The translations under genes and the position numbers were made by a program. This document shows, piece by piece, positions 25,201 through 36,713 of a stretch of 54,331 bases of DNA. The stretch is from Catajapyx aquilonaris. Lineage: Eukaryota. Location of the stretch: contig KZ538681.1 in assembly GCA_000934665.2 (NCBI GenBank), forward strand, positions 1-54,331, read 5' to 3'. The notes beneath the pieces were generated by a model. It was not told where the DNA came from. It searched no databases and saw nothing but the letters and a program-made list of their open reading frames with translations. Each line of letters opens with the position of its first letter. Position 1 is the first letter of the stretch.

Positions 25201-25298
25201 ATTTCGATGAGCGCTGCAATGATGCACACACTCGTTTGTCGTCGCCGCTACTCTTGGCAGCAGGTCTTGCAGTACTTTACCAGATCTGGCATTTGTAA
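22293..25298 (+). CDS. crim: Ly6/uPAR GPI-anchored protein, crimpled-like; exons 22293-22350, 22507-22641, 24925-25078, 25166-25298
   Basis: Signal peptide, LWCYRC..T.PGC..DF.W, CPE.DD.CVK..ER, ITRDCLS.L...DIPAD.YEGCR, IKE.DVRR.YY...TWCFC..D.RCN and a hydrophobic GPI tail. Matches my recollection of Drosophila crimpled. Confidence 0.85.
22791..22988. repeat. 33-bp minisatellite, 6 copies (TATTACTGTCATCTATTAATCAGTTATTGTCAT)
   Basis: Head-to-tail identical units in crim intron 2, just upstream of the Tc1 insertion. Confidence 0.9.
23054..24789 (+). mobile_element. Full-length Minos-like Tc1 transposon (1736 bp; 263-bp TIRs; TA target duplication)
   Basis: TIRs at 23054-23316 and 24527-24789, TA at 23052-53 and 24790-91, AATTCGCTCA repeated at both ends of each TIR (IR/DR layout). 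Confidence 0.95.
23397..24485 (+). pseudogene. Tc1 DD34E transposase with a 66-nt intron (23748-23813) and two compensating frameshifts
   Basis: MVRGRP...GRPR...FYK|AKKKPLLT...IIFSDE...VMVWGC...FQQDGA...WPPSSPDLNPIE..W...AKGDVTPY. Frame switches at about 23964 and in the A run at about 24213-24219. Confidence 0.88.
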
Positions 25299-25720
25299 TA
25301 TTTTGTAAGTCGTTGTGAATTCCAGAAAAAAAGCATGAGACAATATTTTCCACTGTTTCCGTCCACATGGCAGCATTTACAGTTTGGCAACTATGGACAT
25401 TGTACTGTTCAGATTTTTTATTTTATGTGAATAAAGGAATCTCAATCTCACATTTGGTTTCGAGTTACACCAAGAGTGTGACTTTTGGACCCTATTATGA
25501 TTCCAGCCTCATATTCCGCCTGGAGAGAGACTAAAGGAAATAACAGGCCGTGAATTCCAGGTCAGCTTTATTTTTAGAAGTCTCCTTCTATTGTGCTATT
25601 CCCTGTCATTGTCGCTTCCTCACTTGCAGGATTACCATCATTGAAGAAAGACGTTCACTGCTGTCGCAGAATATTTTTGCTGATTTTTTGACCTGACTTG
25701 ATATTCCAACGGCAGTAGGG

Positions 25721-26483
25721 ATGTTTGAGAACGTTACGGCCTGTGTAGCTCCTGGTGGCTTTCTATGCGCTCGCTTTCCTGTTTATTCCACGAACTTCAG
25801 TAAGTGTCTCACTTTCCGTTCTATCATGCAGAATTTTGAGTAATTTCTCTTTCTCAATCAGCTCACCTCACCTCCTTTGTAATCTGGATGTTCATGATGG
25901 GCAGCTTACACCTGTTTGTGTCATTTGTGCTAACGTGCGTTACACAACGAGGGGTAGGTCATGTCCTGTAAATTTTTAACGCATATGAAAATGGATGGAT
26001 ACAGAAAAATAATTTATCTCCACACAAAATGTGATTTGTGGATAAATGAAATAAGTGCAGATTTGCTCAAAAGCTTAAATAAAAATAACATGTTTCTGTG
26101 ACTATCCTGATTTATCTCAATTTAAAGTTGAGGTTGGTATCCACCCCTTCATATGGAAACTTGCAGTATCAATTTTTGTAAATGGCCTGCAACATTTCAT
26201 GGTCAGAATTTTTTTTTTGTTCCAGCGAAGCTTAATCTCAATAGTGAGACAACACCAATCGATGAGCAGGAGAATGTGCGCTTACTTCGCTGTCTTAACG
26301 ACGGTGATTTTCACTGTCGATACCATGTTTCCCAAGCTGAGTGACGCCTCTTTCACCATCACACTTGTCTTATGCGTAATGGATGACTACTTTGTTGGCT
26401 ACATTTTCACTTATGTCAACATAACTGATATTGATCCAATTCGTCCGAGAGATCGAGTGTATATGACAAGGATTACTGACTAA
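25721..26483 (+). CDS. Very divergent or degenerate member of the 4-TM array (exons about 25721-25799, 25862-25953, 26226-26483)
   Basis: GT-AG introns with family-like phases (1, 0) and hydrophobic exons ending ...DDYFVGYIFTY. A family-type first exon was not found intact. Confidence 0.35.
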
Positions 26484-27269
26484 TTTTGTAGGCACATAAG
26501 GGCTGATCTTTTACATGCACAACCAACTGATGTGGTTTTGTAAATATTAATTACTGTAGGTGCTGTATTACTTCGCATTTATGTCATCCATTAATATTAA
26601 GGTGTCACCAATGATTACTGTGTAGGATATATTTCACGAGCTGTTTCATCACTGATTAAGCCATTGCATCACACTTGTCAGGAAATATAACAAATGAATG
26701 AATACAGTGAAACCTGCCTAAAGAAGAGCCATTCCATTCAGTAAAAAATATTGTACTGAACAGGTTTCCGTTGTACTGTCATGACTGAATTGCATTGAGA
26801 AGTCTACGAGAACAGAAATGTTTCATAAGGTAGTTTTAGTAGGGTTCGTTATTGGAAGATTTAGTTTTTTTTAACTTCATTTAATGGGCTATATATATAT
26901 TTATTGGATTAGCTGGTATTATGTCTAAATAATTGATCGCATTACTGCATATTCATCTTTCAAGGAGAATTCATGACCTACCTCATCTGGTGTAGGAACA
27001 ATTACAGTTGGATATATCCTGTACATTATAGTCAGTATAATATCGCTGGACTATGCGCTATGTCGTATGTGTTATTATGACTGTGTGAACCTTTTTTTTC
27101 TCTTGCTGTATGGTCATTGAAATCACATAATCCGAATGGGACAGTGAAGCAGCGTGCCTTGCACAACATCATAGAGCATGTTCCTGTTCATTATTCAGTT
27201 TGGTTTCCGGAATAATGAGCCAAGCGCAATCATCCCTGCCGGTTATTACTACTCTCTCAGTATCATATC

Positions 27270-27571
27270 ATGATGGCAGCAAGGTTGAGCTTAGCATCCA
27301 AGGAAAGCTGTTTCTACTGGACTCTAGCCAGAGCAGCCACACTCATTGTTGCATATGTGTCACTTGTAAGTATACCTGCACTTGTATTACATAACAAGTA
27401 ACTTTTTCCATGTCTTTTTGTTGCAGTTAGTGTACATTATGCTGACATCTTCCTCGCTTAGCAGAACTGGAATCGGGCTCTATTGCAACAACTTTTACTA
27501 CGATTCTCCAACATATCCTAACTGTCTCTGTTATAATTATTCATATTACGACATGCTCGTTTGTGCGAGAG
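27270..27571 (+). pseudogene. Partial 4-TM array paralog (exons 1-2 only: 27270-27365, 27427-27571)
   Basis: RAATLIVAYVSL|gtaagt and TGIGLYCNNFYYD...C.C..Y resemble the copy at 29937. Exons 3-5 were not found. Confidence 0.55.
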
Positions 27572-27934
27572 GTTTCCTCCGCATGCGTGCCTGTCATACT
27601 CCGCTCTCCGTAATAAAGTTGCGCATGTGACATATTGTCTTGTAATTTTACATATCGCAATGCTAGTATAGTGCTAATCGGAAGTGTAGTACTTCGCATA
27701 AAGTCCATGGCAAATTATATATGGCCAAACTCTTTTTCAACATATGAATATTACAAACTATATGATGACGATACAGGAGATGGCATGTTTGCCTTTTTGT
27801 GTTTAGACTCCACGTGTCTCATCCGGCAATATTTTACACTCATGACACCTTGTTGAGTGGCCATGGCCTTCGCATGTTCCCTTCTTCCTGTCCATCGTTT
27901 TAAATATATTTCTGCTACATTTACGAAGTTCGAA

Positions 27935-28598
27935 ATGAAACTTGTGGACAACTTTTGCCAGTACGTGTCCAATCACACCGGATTGATTGTGGTCGCATGC
28001 ACGTCAATGGTGAGCAATTGGCACATTTTTATTTAACAATCGTATTAACCTCATGTTATTCATAGGTAGCAAATGTTGCTGTCATTTTCTTCAGCCTCTG
28101 CTATATTTATGGTGTTTCATCTCAAGGTCATGGGTATTCCACTGCTTATGCTGGTGCGTTTATTTCAGCACATGTTTGTACAGCATTAATTTTTTGCCTT
28201 AATTGTTTTAGGTCAGATTTTAACCGGTGTTGCCACCTGCTTGCTAAGTGCAGTAGGACTTATTGCAGCGGCTTCATTTATTAATCACATTGTCAAGGTG
28301 GGAGTTCATTATTACGACAAATGCAGATGATGAGTAGCCTACAAACAGACAATGCATTTTTCAGGAGGGACAAAAATGCAGTACTTTCTGGATACGTCGT
28401 CAAGTACATGGTATGAGCACAGTGTTTGCAGCCACAGCCTCAGTTTTGCTTCTGAACAGATTGCTCTCAGGAGTTGTCACCAACTGGTTAATACTCATTT
28501 ACATATGTGTCCAGATTTATTCACTTTCCTCCGTATTTAGCTATTGTCATGGCAGTTTCCTCGCAAGAAAGCAAATGGAATGTACTGACATTATGTGA
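27935..28598 (+). CDS. 4-TM protein (DUF4728/LAPTM/Pasiflora-like), divergent 4-exon copy: 27935-28009, 28066-28153, 28212-28297, 28365-28598
   Basis: MKLVDNFCQYVSNHTG, 86-nt exon 3 as in the paralogs, VQIYSLSSVFSY, open frame, AATAAA at about 28630. Confidence 0.75.
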
Positions 28599-28866
28599 GA
28601 CTGATTTCAATTAGCATTTCATAAAAATGAATAAATTATGCCTCACTTTTTTCTTATTTATTTGCATCCAATGTGACCATTCAGCACTTTGTCGGTCAGT
28701 GATAAAATTGTCCTTGAGTTTTTCAACATTGCGTATAAACTCATGCCCACTTGACAGGGGCCAACTGCCCACTTATTAAAGCATCATGAGTCACCCACGT
28801 ACACAAAGCTAGGAGTCTTCCTCATGTATTAGAGAGACCAAGTCGTAGATTCTGTTGCATTACAAG

Positions 28867-29695
28867 ATGAAGCTGAAGTCACCTCTTTTGGATAACTGCT
28901 GTTGCTGCGTGTCCAACCGGACCGCTGCCATCACTTTTGCCTACTTGTCACTAGTGAGTATGAAGTGACTTCATGTGTACAGTAATATTAGGGTAATGAA
29001 ATGTGTTACATAATGTTATTGTGAACAGGTGGGATATTCACTCCTTATTGTTGGATGCTTGGTGGAAATGGGTTTCGGCATTACTTATCATCACATATAC
29101 TCATCTGTTCCGTCTTCTCGTGATAGAAACGATTTGTACGTCGGATTTGGTAAGTACTAATTTGATATCAATAACAGCCATTGCCTTTTGAAGTGTAATC
29201 CATGAATATGACCTAATTATTATTGCAGCGATGATTTTTGCTGGGGTTCCCACCTTCCTTGTGAGCATTTTGGGCATCGTCTTCACTGTGATTCTTATCA
29301 ACGGAATCTACAGGGTACGATTGATTACATAATATTATTCAGTAGGCCTACCCATATAAATATTTTAATTACTTTGCAGAGGAAGATGCATTACATAATC
29401 CCGTGGCTTACGATGCAAGCCTACGCGTGTGTGTATACATTCGGATTCATAATATGCGTTTTGATTGCCAACGTGACATTAATTAGTGCCATCGGAGTTC
29501 CACTGCTGATGATCCTACTTGGCGTGCAAATCTATTGCACTCTCGTTGTCTTCTCATTCTATCAGGTAAGACTCAAGTTGACATATTATCCAACAATTAC
29601 ATTAGCACAATATATTGTTGTTGCAGGAAACAAAAAAGGAATTCCGACATGTCGATCTGGAGTTTCAGCCCAACGCATTCAATGTTGAAATCTAA
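28867..29695 (+). CDS. 4-TM protein copy A: 28867-28953, 29029-29149, 29229-29314, 29380-29565, 29627-29695
   Basis: MKLKSPLLDNCCCCVSNRT, INGIYR, YIIPWL, QIYCTLVVFSFYQE; canonical introns; AATAAA at about 29742. Confidence 0.9.
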
Positions 29696-29936
29696 AATAT
29701 TCTCCATTAATATTTTGTTTTATATAAGAAAAAAGATTTCAAATAAAATGTTCTGCGTGATCCTGTACCTCTCGTTTTTTTTATATACCATAAACAGGAA
29801 CACCCTTGACACGAATTCCTGTTTTATTATTTTCTGGTATCCGGCCGGACCCGCATTGAAAAGAAACTTTCCGACGCCTATTTTGCGCAAAATATTTTCC
29901 ATCCCAGTCATACAGATCATCATCAAAGAGGACAAG

Positions 29937-30863
29937 ATGAAACTACGCTCACCAGTCCTAGAAAACTGCTGCTGTTGCATTTCCAACAGGACAGGAGCCC
30001 TCATTGTTGCCTATTTATCACTTGTGAGTGTCTCATATACCTTGATTGCATCAACATTGAAAATAATCGGACATTTAAAGTACATGCAACTGAACTGTTG
30101 CATTAATTACTGCACATTTTTTGACACATTTCAGGTAGGATACATATTATTAATCCCAACTTCTATCGGATGTGCTGGAACTGGGATTGGACTGTTTTAC
30201 ACGTCGCACTATTACGATGATTACCACAATGAACCATACCAGACCAGACCAGGCTGCCCTGATTGTTATCGATGCCACGATTATGACATCATTGATCAGT
30301 TCATATTTTCAGGTTGGTGTTTCTAGAGCGAAAACAGGTCATTTTTACTTTTAAAAAAATATATATTCAATGTTTCAGGTATGTTCGTCGGTGGAGTGTT
30401 GCTGTTGTTTTTCAGCATTTTGGGAGTCATATTTACTGCTATGATGATCAATGGAATTCATTCGGTATGCGCCTTTTCTTTCGATTATTTTTTTTTTTAA
30501 AGTAGCCTACACAGTATTATCTCAACCAATGTGCACTGCAGAACACACCTCATCTTATTGTACCCTGGATAACATATCAAGTGTTTGGAGCAGTTTCAAC
30601 ATTCGCTTCAGTTATAATTATACTTGTATTCAACGAGGCAACATTGAGCGCCGCAGGTGTTCCATTGCTCTTTCTGTTAATGGGATTTGAGATATACTGC
30701 ACACTGGCAGTGTTCTCCATTTATCAGGTATAAACTATTCATATTTAAAACACATCTCCCAACAGTAATTAACAGCCTTTTCTTTCAGGAGATGTACCGT
30801 GTGCCGCCTCCAATTCCGTTAGACTTCGAAGGTAATGCTGCCTTCGATTCTGAGTGTCGTTAA
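29937..30863 (+). CDS. 4-TM protein copy B: 29937-30023, 30135-30312, 30379-30464, 30542-30727, 30789-30863
   Basis: MKLRSPVLENCCCCISNRTG, long Cys/His/Tyr-rich loop 1, IVPWI, EIYCTLAVFSIYQE. Confidence 0.9.
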
Positions 30864-31239
30864 TTGCATCAATTGTAATTTCCTCATTACAATAAAAAAC
30901 AATTATATGCGTGTATGATTGTATGTTCTGCGAAATGACATATAATAGAAGTGGAAGGAATGGTCCGATTCGCAAAAATTCATTGATTATAGGACAGTCT
31001 GCTAATATTAGCGAAACGTGACTTAATTGCATGACACCGCCGAGAAACTTGCGTCAAAGCACGTAAAATTCATCAAAGACCTGTGTGGATCAATGTCAAG
31101 CTTGGTGGGACGTATTAATTGCATAGGTGTGTGCGCAGTCCAGCTCAATACTGTAACTACCACTAGAAATGTAAGGAAGGTGCTGCAATATTGTCCATAT
31201 AGTGAATCGTCCAGTCCTTTTTATTTTGTGTGCAAAAAA

Positions 31240-32130
31240 ATGCGGATCAAAATTCCTTCGCCAATATTGGACAGATGTTGTTTCTGCATAACGACTCAAA
31301 CTGGAGCTCTCTTGGTGACATATGCGTCGTTGGTGAGTTATGGACTTATTCAGCTATATATGAACATATAATATTTCTATTGGACACTATTGCAGGCTGG
31401 ATACACAGCCATTCTTCTAGCATCACTTCTGAACCTCGGAGTCGGACTTGCGTATTATTACACGAGTCATTACTATCCGGATGAAGTGACCTACTACCAA
31501 GGTCGAATATTTTCTGCCACAAGTAAGTGAAAAATATTTACTAGAAATCAGTTTCTATCCAAGCAAATGTTAAGAGAATCCCAAAAAAATGTTTCTTGAA
31601 AATGAATATGTGACGTGACTGAAATATTTCAGATATGATCTTTTCTGGAGGTCCCGCCATATTTCTGAGCATTTTAGGACTGTTGCTGACCGCATTGCTG
31701 CTAATGGGAATCCACAAGGTCAGCATTTATATTACCGCAAACAAAATTTAGTGATCTTAAAATTTTTCGACATTTTCAGAAGGAACCGATGTACATAATT
31801 CCATGGATAACTCTACACGTGAACAACTCGGTCACAACCTTCGGACTGATCGTTTGCGTCCTGCTAATTAATGTCCCGATAATTAGTGCAGTGGCAGTCC
31901 CGCTTCTTATCCTTTTACTCGCCACTCAGGTCTATTTCGTCTTGGTCATAGTCTCATTCTATCAGGTACGGTCTTAACTAATTATTAGCGCAATATTTTT
32001 TTAACTTTAAATTTTATACATCCGGCAGGAAATGACGACAGTGGTTCAATCCGTTCATACCATCACTAAATCGAGGCACAAATCGAAGAACAACAAGGAT
32101 TCCTTCGACAGTCTAACTATCTCACCATGA
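31240..32130 (+). CDS. 4-TM protein copy C: 31240-31332, 31396-31522, 31633-31718, 31780-31965, 32029-32130
   Basis: SPILDRCCFCITTQTG, GIHK, YIIPWI, QVYFVLVIVSFYQE. Confidence 0.9.
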
Positions 32131-32468
32131 AAATGTACGCACCCAAATAAAAACTACGTCAAGTAATAGACGTTGTATGTGTTTTGCATATCCTACATGT
32201 AAAAGTGTGCCTTGAATTTTTTGTATAGGTAAATAAGCTGTCGGGGTGTGTCAGCCCTGGCAATGTGCTACGCAGTAGTGGTTAACCTTGATCCTTTCAT
32301 GGCCTGAAACCGTGTAATAATAGCATTGCAGAGTTCATCCTCTGCACTTTTTTTTGTCAAACTGTATACAGAGTGTGTTGGCCGTAGCCGGCAAAGTAGT
32401 GACGTCACCACATCCTTTGTGCTGCTCATACTGCACATGAGTAGGTAAGAGAGTCTAGTCGTCTCAAA

Positions 32469-34034
32469 ATGAAGCTCCGTTCACCTCTATTGGAAAACTG
32501 TTGCTGTTGCATATCTAACAGGACTGGTGCTCTCATCTATGGATACCTGTCGCTGGTTAGTTAAGTGCAAATATTAATTCGTCTTTGGTGTGGAATTTAC
32601 ATTACGTTTTTTTTGGTCGTCTGTCAGGTTGGGTACATAGTGCTTCTGTTGGGATCCGTGGTCGACATGGGATTCGGAATTGGATTGTACTATTCCAACC
32701 AGGCCAGTGGAGAAAATCGGGGCCGGTCGGATTACATGTCTACGATGTTTACTTCAACATGTAAGTGCAATGACTGAATTTTGACTGAATTTATTATTGT
32801 ATCACTTTGTGCATGACTTCAGCCAGGTTTTTATTCTAGCGCTTGCCAAGTTGTTCATGTCTTTGCTGGGTGACTCAGACCACTCTCGAGAGAGATATAT
32901 ATGTCAAACTACTTGCACTTTGACCTTTCAAATAACGTGCGGCATATCGCGATAGCTGGTCCTGTTTAGCATGTGCACTTGTGCAATCCTGCGGGAAAAA
33001 GGCTAATTATTCGAACGTAAAGAAGGTGTTTTGAGTTACGGAAAAATTACTCGCATGACTTTAGAATGAAAAATTATTAAAATTGTGTTCCCGATCCATT
33101 AAATGATAAAGGAGAATATACATTTAATGGCATACTTTATTCAATAAATTTGATAACTGGGATTTAAATAGGTTCACACTCGCATTGACGAGAGTAATTT
33201 TAATGCTCCTTCCCAAGAACATGATTAATTTTATTATGATCTTTGTTAATAATTCGTGGTGCAGCCTTGCTTTTCAGCGGAGGTTTGACACTTTTGGTCA
33301 GCGTTTTGGCGATCGTGTTCACCGTCATGCTCATCAACGGAATCCACAAGGTATGTTCGTTTGGACTGGTTGCGAAATATTCGGTGGCTGCTTAAAACAT
33401 CTGTGCTCTATTTTTGGCAGAAATCGCCTCACTTCATGATTCCGTGGCTGACTCTCCAAATATACGCCTCTGTCTACACATTCGGCTGCATCGTTTGCAT
33501 CTTGGTTTTGAACGTCTACCTGCTAAGTGCCATCGGAGTTCCCCTTCTGGTGATACTTCTAGCGCTGGAAATATACACAACCATGGTCGTCTTCTCCTAT
33601 TATCAGGTACTATATTCCACTATCTGTATAGTTAAACACAATACCTGTTATCGATGGAAACAAACATTGGGGTCACGACACAGAAAACCGCAGAAAACCA
33701 CGAGCAATAGCCTTTTTAAAATGAGCTCACTCACATACAGTAATATTCTTTACAAAAAATTAATGGGACTGTGAGTAATTAATCTTTGTAACTAGAATAT
33801 TATTGTATGTGGGTGACATCTGGGTAATTACTCTGGAAGATGTTTACATCGAGACATTTTACTACATCATGATTTATGGGTGCTGAAGTTGACAATTTAT
33901 TTGCATTTCGCATATTTTTGTATAATGCACATTTTTAACGGCCAAAACTTTTGCTTTTTCAGGAATTGAACAGCTTTGTCCGTCACATGCCCCTGGATGA
34001 AGCTAGTAATGCCGGCTTTGCAGTTGACGCTTGA
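32469..34034 (+). CDS. 4-TM protein copy D: 32469-32555, 32628-32760, 33265-33350, 33421-33606, 33963-34034
   Basis: MKLRSPLLENCCCCISNRTG, INGIHK, FMIPWL, EIYTTMVVFSYYQE. Confidence 0.88.
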
Positions 34035-34980
34035 TGCCAGTCAGATCATGTATCCAGACAATAACTACTTGCATTTACAAGCTTCAATTCTTTTCACCTT
34101 TTATACAAGTCATTAATAATTATTCAGATTTGCCATGTACTGCGCAATAATTTTTATAACCACATTCAGTGTGTGAAACTGATGTTTGGACTGTATTCAG
34201 AGCGTGTTTGTATTATTCGTGAGAAATATAAAAAAATGACATGTTGAAGTTGACTTTTTAATCTTCCTAATTAATCACACAATCGAGCAATTAAGCAGGA
34301 ATAAAAATAGACTTGTGCTATCTGGTGACATTAATGGCCGGGACTTTGGACCTGTAACAAAAGGCTTGCTTTGCGATATAACCAGGAAAACTCGGCAGAA
34401 AGTGTAGCATGGTTTGCATATTATATACTGTGCAAGCCTTTGTCATAAACATATTCGGTGTCAGGTAATGTCACAGCTCAGCAGCTTTTATGCTGATGGG
34501 CCAACAATGCTGATACGAACATAAAATTGCACTGAAGTACATTATTTTACCTATTGATGCTTTTTTCATGGAGAGTGACCTTCGTAAATCCGGAACGTAA
34601 ATCCGGATTACTGTGTGCGCAACTCCTACACATATCGATCCTCTCTACCCTCAATAAACCCTCCGCCATTATTCCCTCTGGAGCTCTCCATAAATCCTCT
34701 TCTATAAATCCTCATAAATATTCAGCCTGCATGCGTATATCCGGTCTAAGCTTTCCAGTGTTGTTGTGAACATGGTTCTGATCAGGATGGTGCTCGCCCC
34801 TGGTCGCGCCCATGGTCCTAGCTAGCTCCAGACAAGCTGGGCAATAAGTGAAACGGCATCAGGAGGTAAGCTGGACAATATTCATTCATATTTTTGAATA
34901 ATATTGCAGAATGATCAAAGATTTTTACCGATTTTAAAGTAATGCTTTACGTTATAGGAAAATTTGGAGACAAAATCAAG

Positions 34981-35871
34981 ATGGAGGACCAGGAGTTCCT
35001 CATGCTTATGAAAAAGAAGCTGTCGAGTCACGTCCAGAAATATTTGCTCGCTTGTGGATTTGACAAACCCGAGTCTTTCCTTGGCTTGAATTTTGCCGGA
35101 CCTGATGATTTCATAAGTCAAGTTGAGCAATACATGAGAGAAAATTCAGACGTGCTTGTCGAGGACGAGTACTCTGCCAGGGAAATGTACGGCCCGTACT
35201 GGAAAAAGCCCGCAGCTTTCAAAGTCTCACCTGGCCATCGCTCTCAAATAATCGCATTTGCTAAGGAAATAGAAAGCATAATTTCACTGGGTCACTCTCA
35301 AGGAATTTCCTCTAAGGTACCAATAAAATGATTTGAATATTACCAGTAATATTAAACTAAATAATAATTTTATTTCCAGCCAGAATTCCAGTCTCAAAGA
35401 AGCTTCAGCAATGACGAACGGACTTCAGACGTTGTGTACAATACAGATGTTCCTTCAGGCTCTCCAAAAAATGCGGCTAGTTTCATGACTAAAGAGATGC
35501 ACAAGAAGATACTGGAGAAGACATTGGCGGCATGGTTGGCAGCCAACAAAGAAAGGATGGAAGATTGTTACTCGGGCCGATTTGCAACAATCGACGACTT
35601 TGGAGTTTCGGTCACAGATAACGCGAACAAAATGTCATCAACCGTCTATTGCGGCCTGTGCTCCAAATCAGTCAATCTGTTCCTTGGTCCCAGTGGCAAG
35701 AGCTGGATCACATCTAATTTTCAAAGACACGTAAGACGCATGCACTTCAAAAAAGACTCTCCTTCCAAAAATTACGATCAACCTGATCTATCATTTGTGA
35801 AGCAAGAATGTCCCGAAACTGCGAATATGGACGTGAAAAATTGCATACAAAATGAGGTAAAATATTTGTAA
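34981..35871 (+). CDS. Transposon-derived-like protein with an N-terminal helical domain and a C-terminal BED-like zinc finger; exons 34981-35316, 35380-35871 (probable 5'UTR intron 34866-34957)
   Basis: Open spliced frame across a phase-0 63-nt intron; CGLC...WITSNFQRHVRRMH zinc-finger motif; upstream gag|GTAAGC donor and tag| acceptor. Confidence 0.7.
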
Positions 35872-36128
35872 TAATATGTGTGTAATAAATTAAGGTATGA
35901 TCGTGCTGATTTCTCCTTTAAATATTCCATACGTGACCTCTACCGTATAGGTAAATTGGCCATGTCCTTCGCATGTGTATAAAACATCTGACGGCGACAA
36001 TATTCCTGGAAACCATGGAACGCGTGAAACGCAAAGCCCCATTTTTGATTTGTTTGTTTTTTATTGCTCCCTTCCACTTGAAAGTCCAAGGTTGCACGCA
36101 AAATTTCAGAGCGCAGTCTCGTCCAGCC

Positions 36129-36713
36129 ATGTTCGGTATGTACAAAAAGGATGATGTACCGGTGGAGTCATACCCTCCGTGGACGACATACGACGGGTCG
36201 CTGACAAGGTCTGCTCGTTTGTGGCTGTACGAGTTCGACCAAGCATGTGCACTTCGAGGCATACCGAGCGACGACAGGATGGTGCACATCCCAGAGGTAC
36301 TGAAGGACCGAGCGTACCTGTGGTACGTGCATCGTGCCAGGACCAAAGGCGAGTTCAAACACTGGTCCACATTCTGCTCGGAGTTGATCGTCAGTTTCGA
36401 GACGCCCAACTACAACCTGTCCCTTCGACAAACGCTGTCCAGTTTGAAGCAGAGGTCATCCCTGAACAAGTATGCGTCCGAGTTCTTGAGGTTGGCATTG
36501 GAAGTGCAAGGGATTGACGAGAAGGACAAGGTGCAGTACTTTACTGAAGGTCTGAAGTCCAGGACCAGGACTGAGGTGATATACAGGGAGCCTTCGACCT
36601 TGGAGGAAGCGATTGAGGTCGCGGTCAAGTTTGAGGCGTCGCCATTTGGACGCGGTTACAAACGCATCAATCTCAAGAAGAAGATGGCGGCCTTTACTGA
36701 CAGAACTCAATAA
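36129..36713 (+). CDS. Stand-alone Ty3/gypsy Gag capsid-domain protein (Arc-like), 194 aa
   Basis: YDG...A..WL..F..AC, LKDRAYLWY, WSTFCSEL..SF, L.SLKQ..S..KY.SEF..LA, YFTEGL...V.YREP.TLEEA..VA..FE; gccATG context; no CCHC knuckle, pol or LTRs nearby. Confidence 0.85.
   Translation: MFGMYKKDDVPVESYPPWTTYDGSLTRSARLWLYEFDQACALRGIPSDDRMVHIPEVLKDRAYLWYVHRARTKGEFKHWSTFCSELIVSFETPNYNLSLRQTLSSLKQRSSLNKYASEFLRLALEVQGIDEKDKVQYFTEGLKSRTRTEVIYREPSTLEEAIEVAVKFEASPFGRGYKRINLKKKMAAFTDRTQ

Noticed and set aside
29535..30326. 263-aa ORF
   Set aside because: Chance readthrough of intergenic DNA and an in-frame intron joining pieces of 4-TM copy B.
35973..36128. N-terminal hydrophobic extension of the Gag ORF (246-aa version)
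   Set aside because: The hydrophobic stretch is a translated T-rich tract that looks intronic, and ATG 36129 has the better context. Not excluded.
35856..36129. Spliced fusion of the zinc-finger gene to Gag
   Set aside because: The phase-0 donor at 35856 is out of frame with the best acceptor (36109); only a weak downstream AG would fit. Not supported without cDNA.
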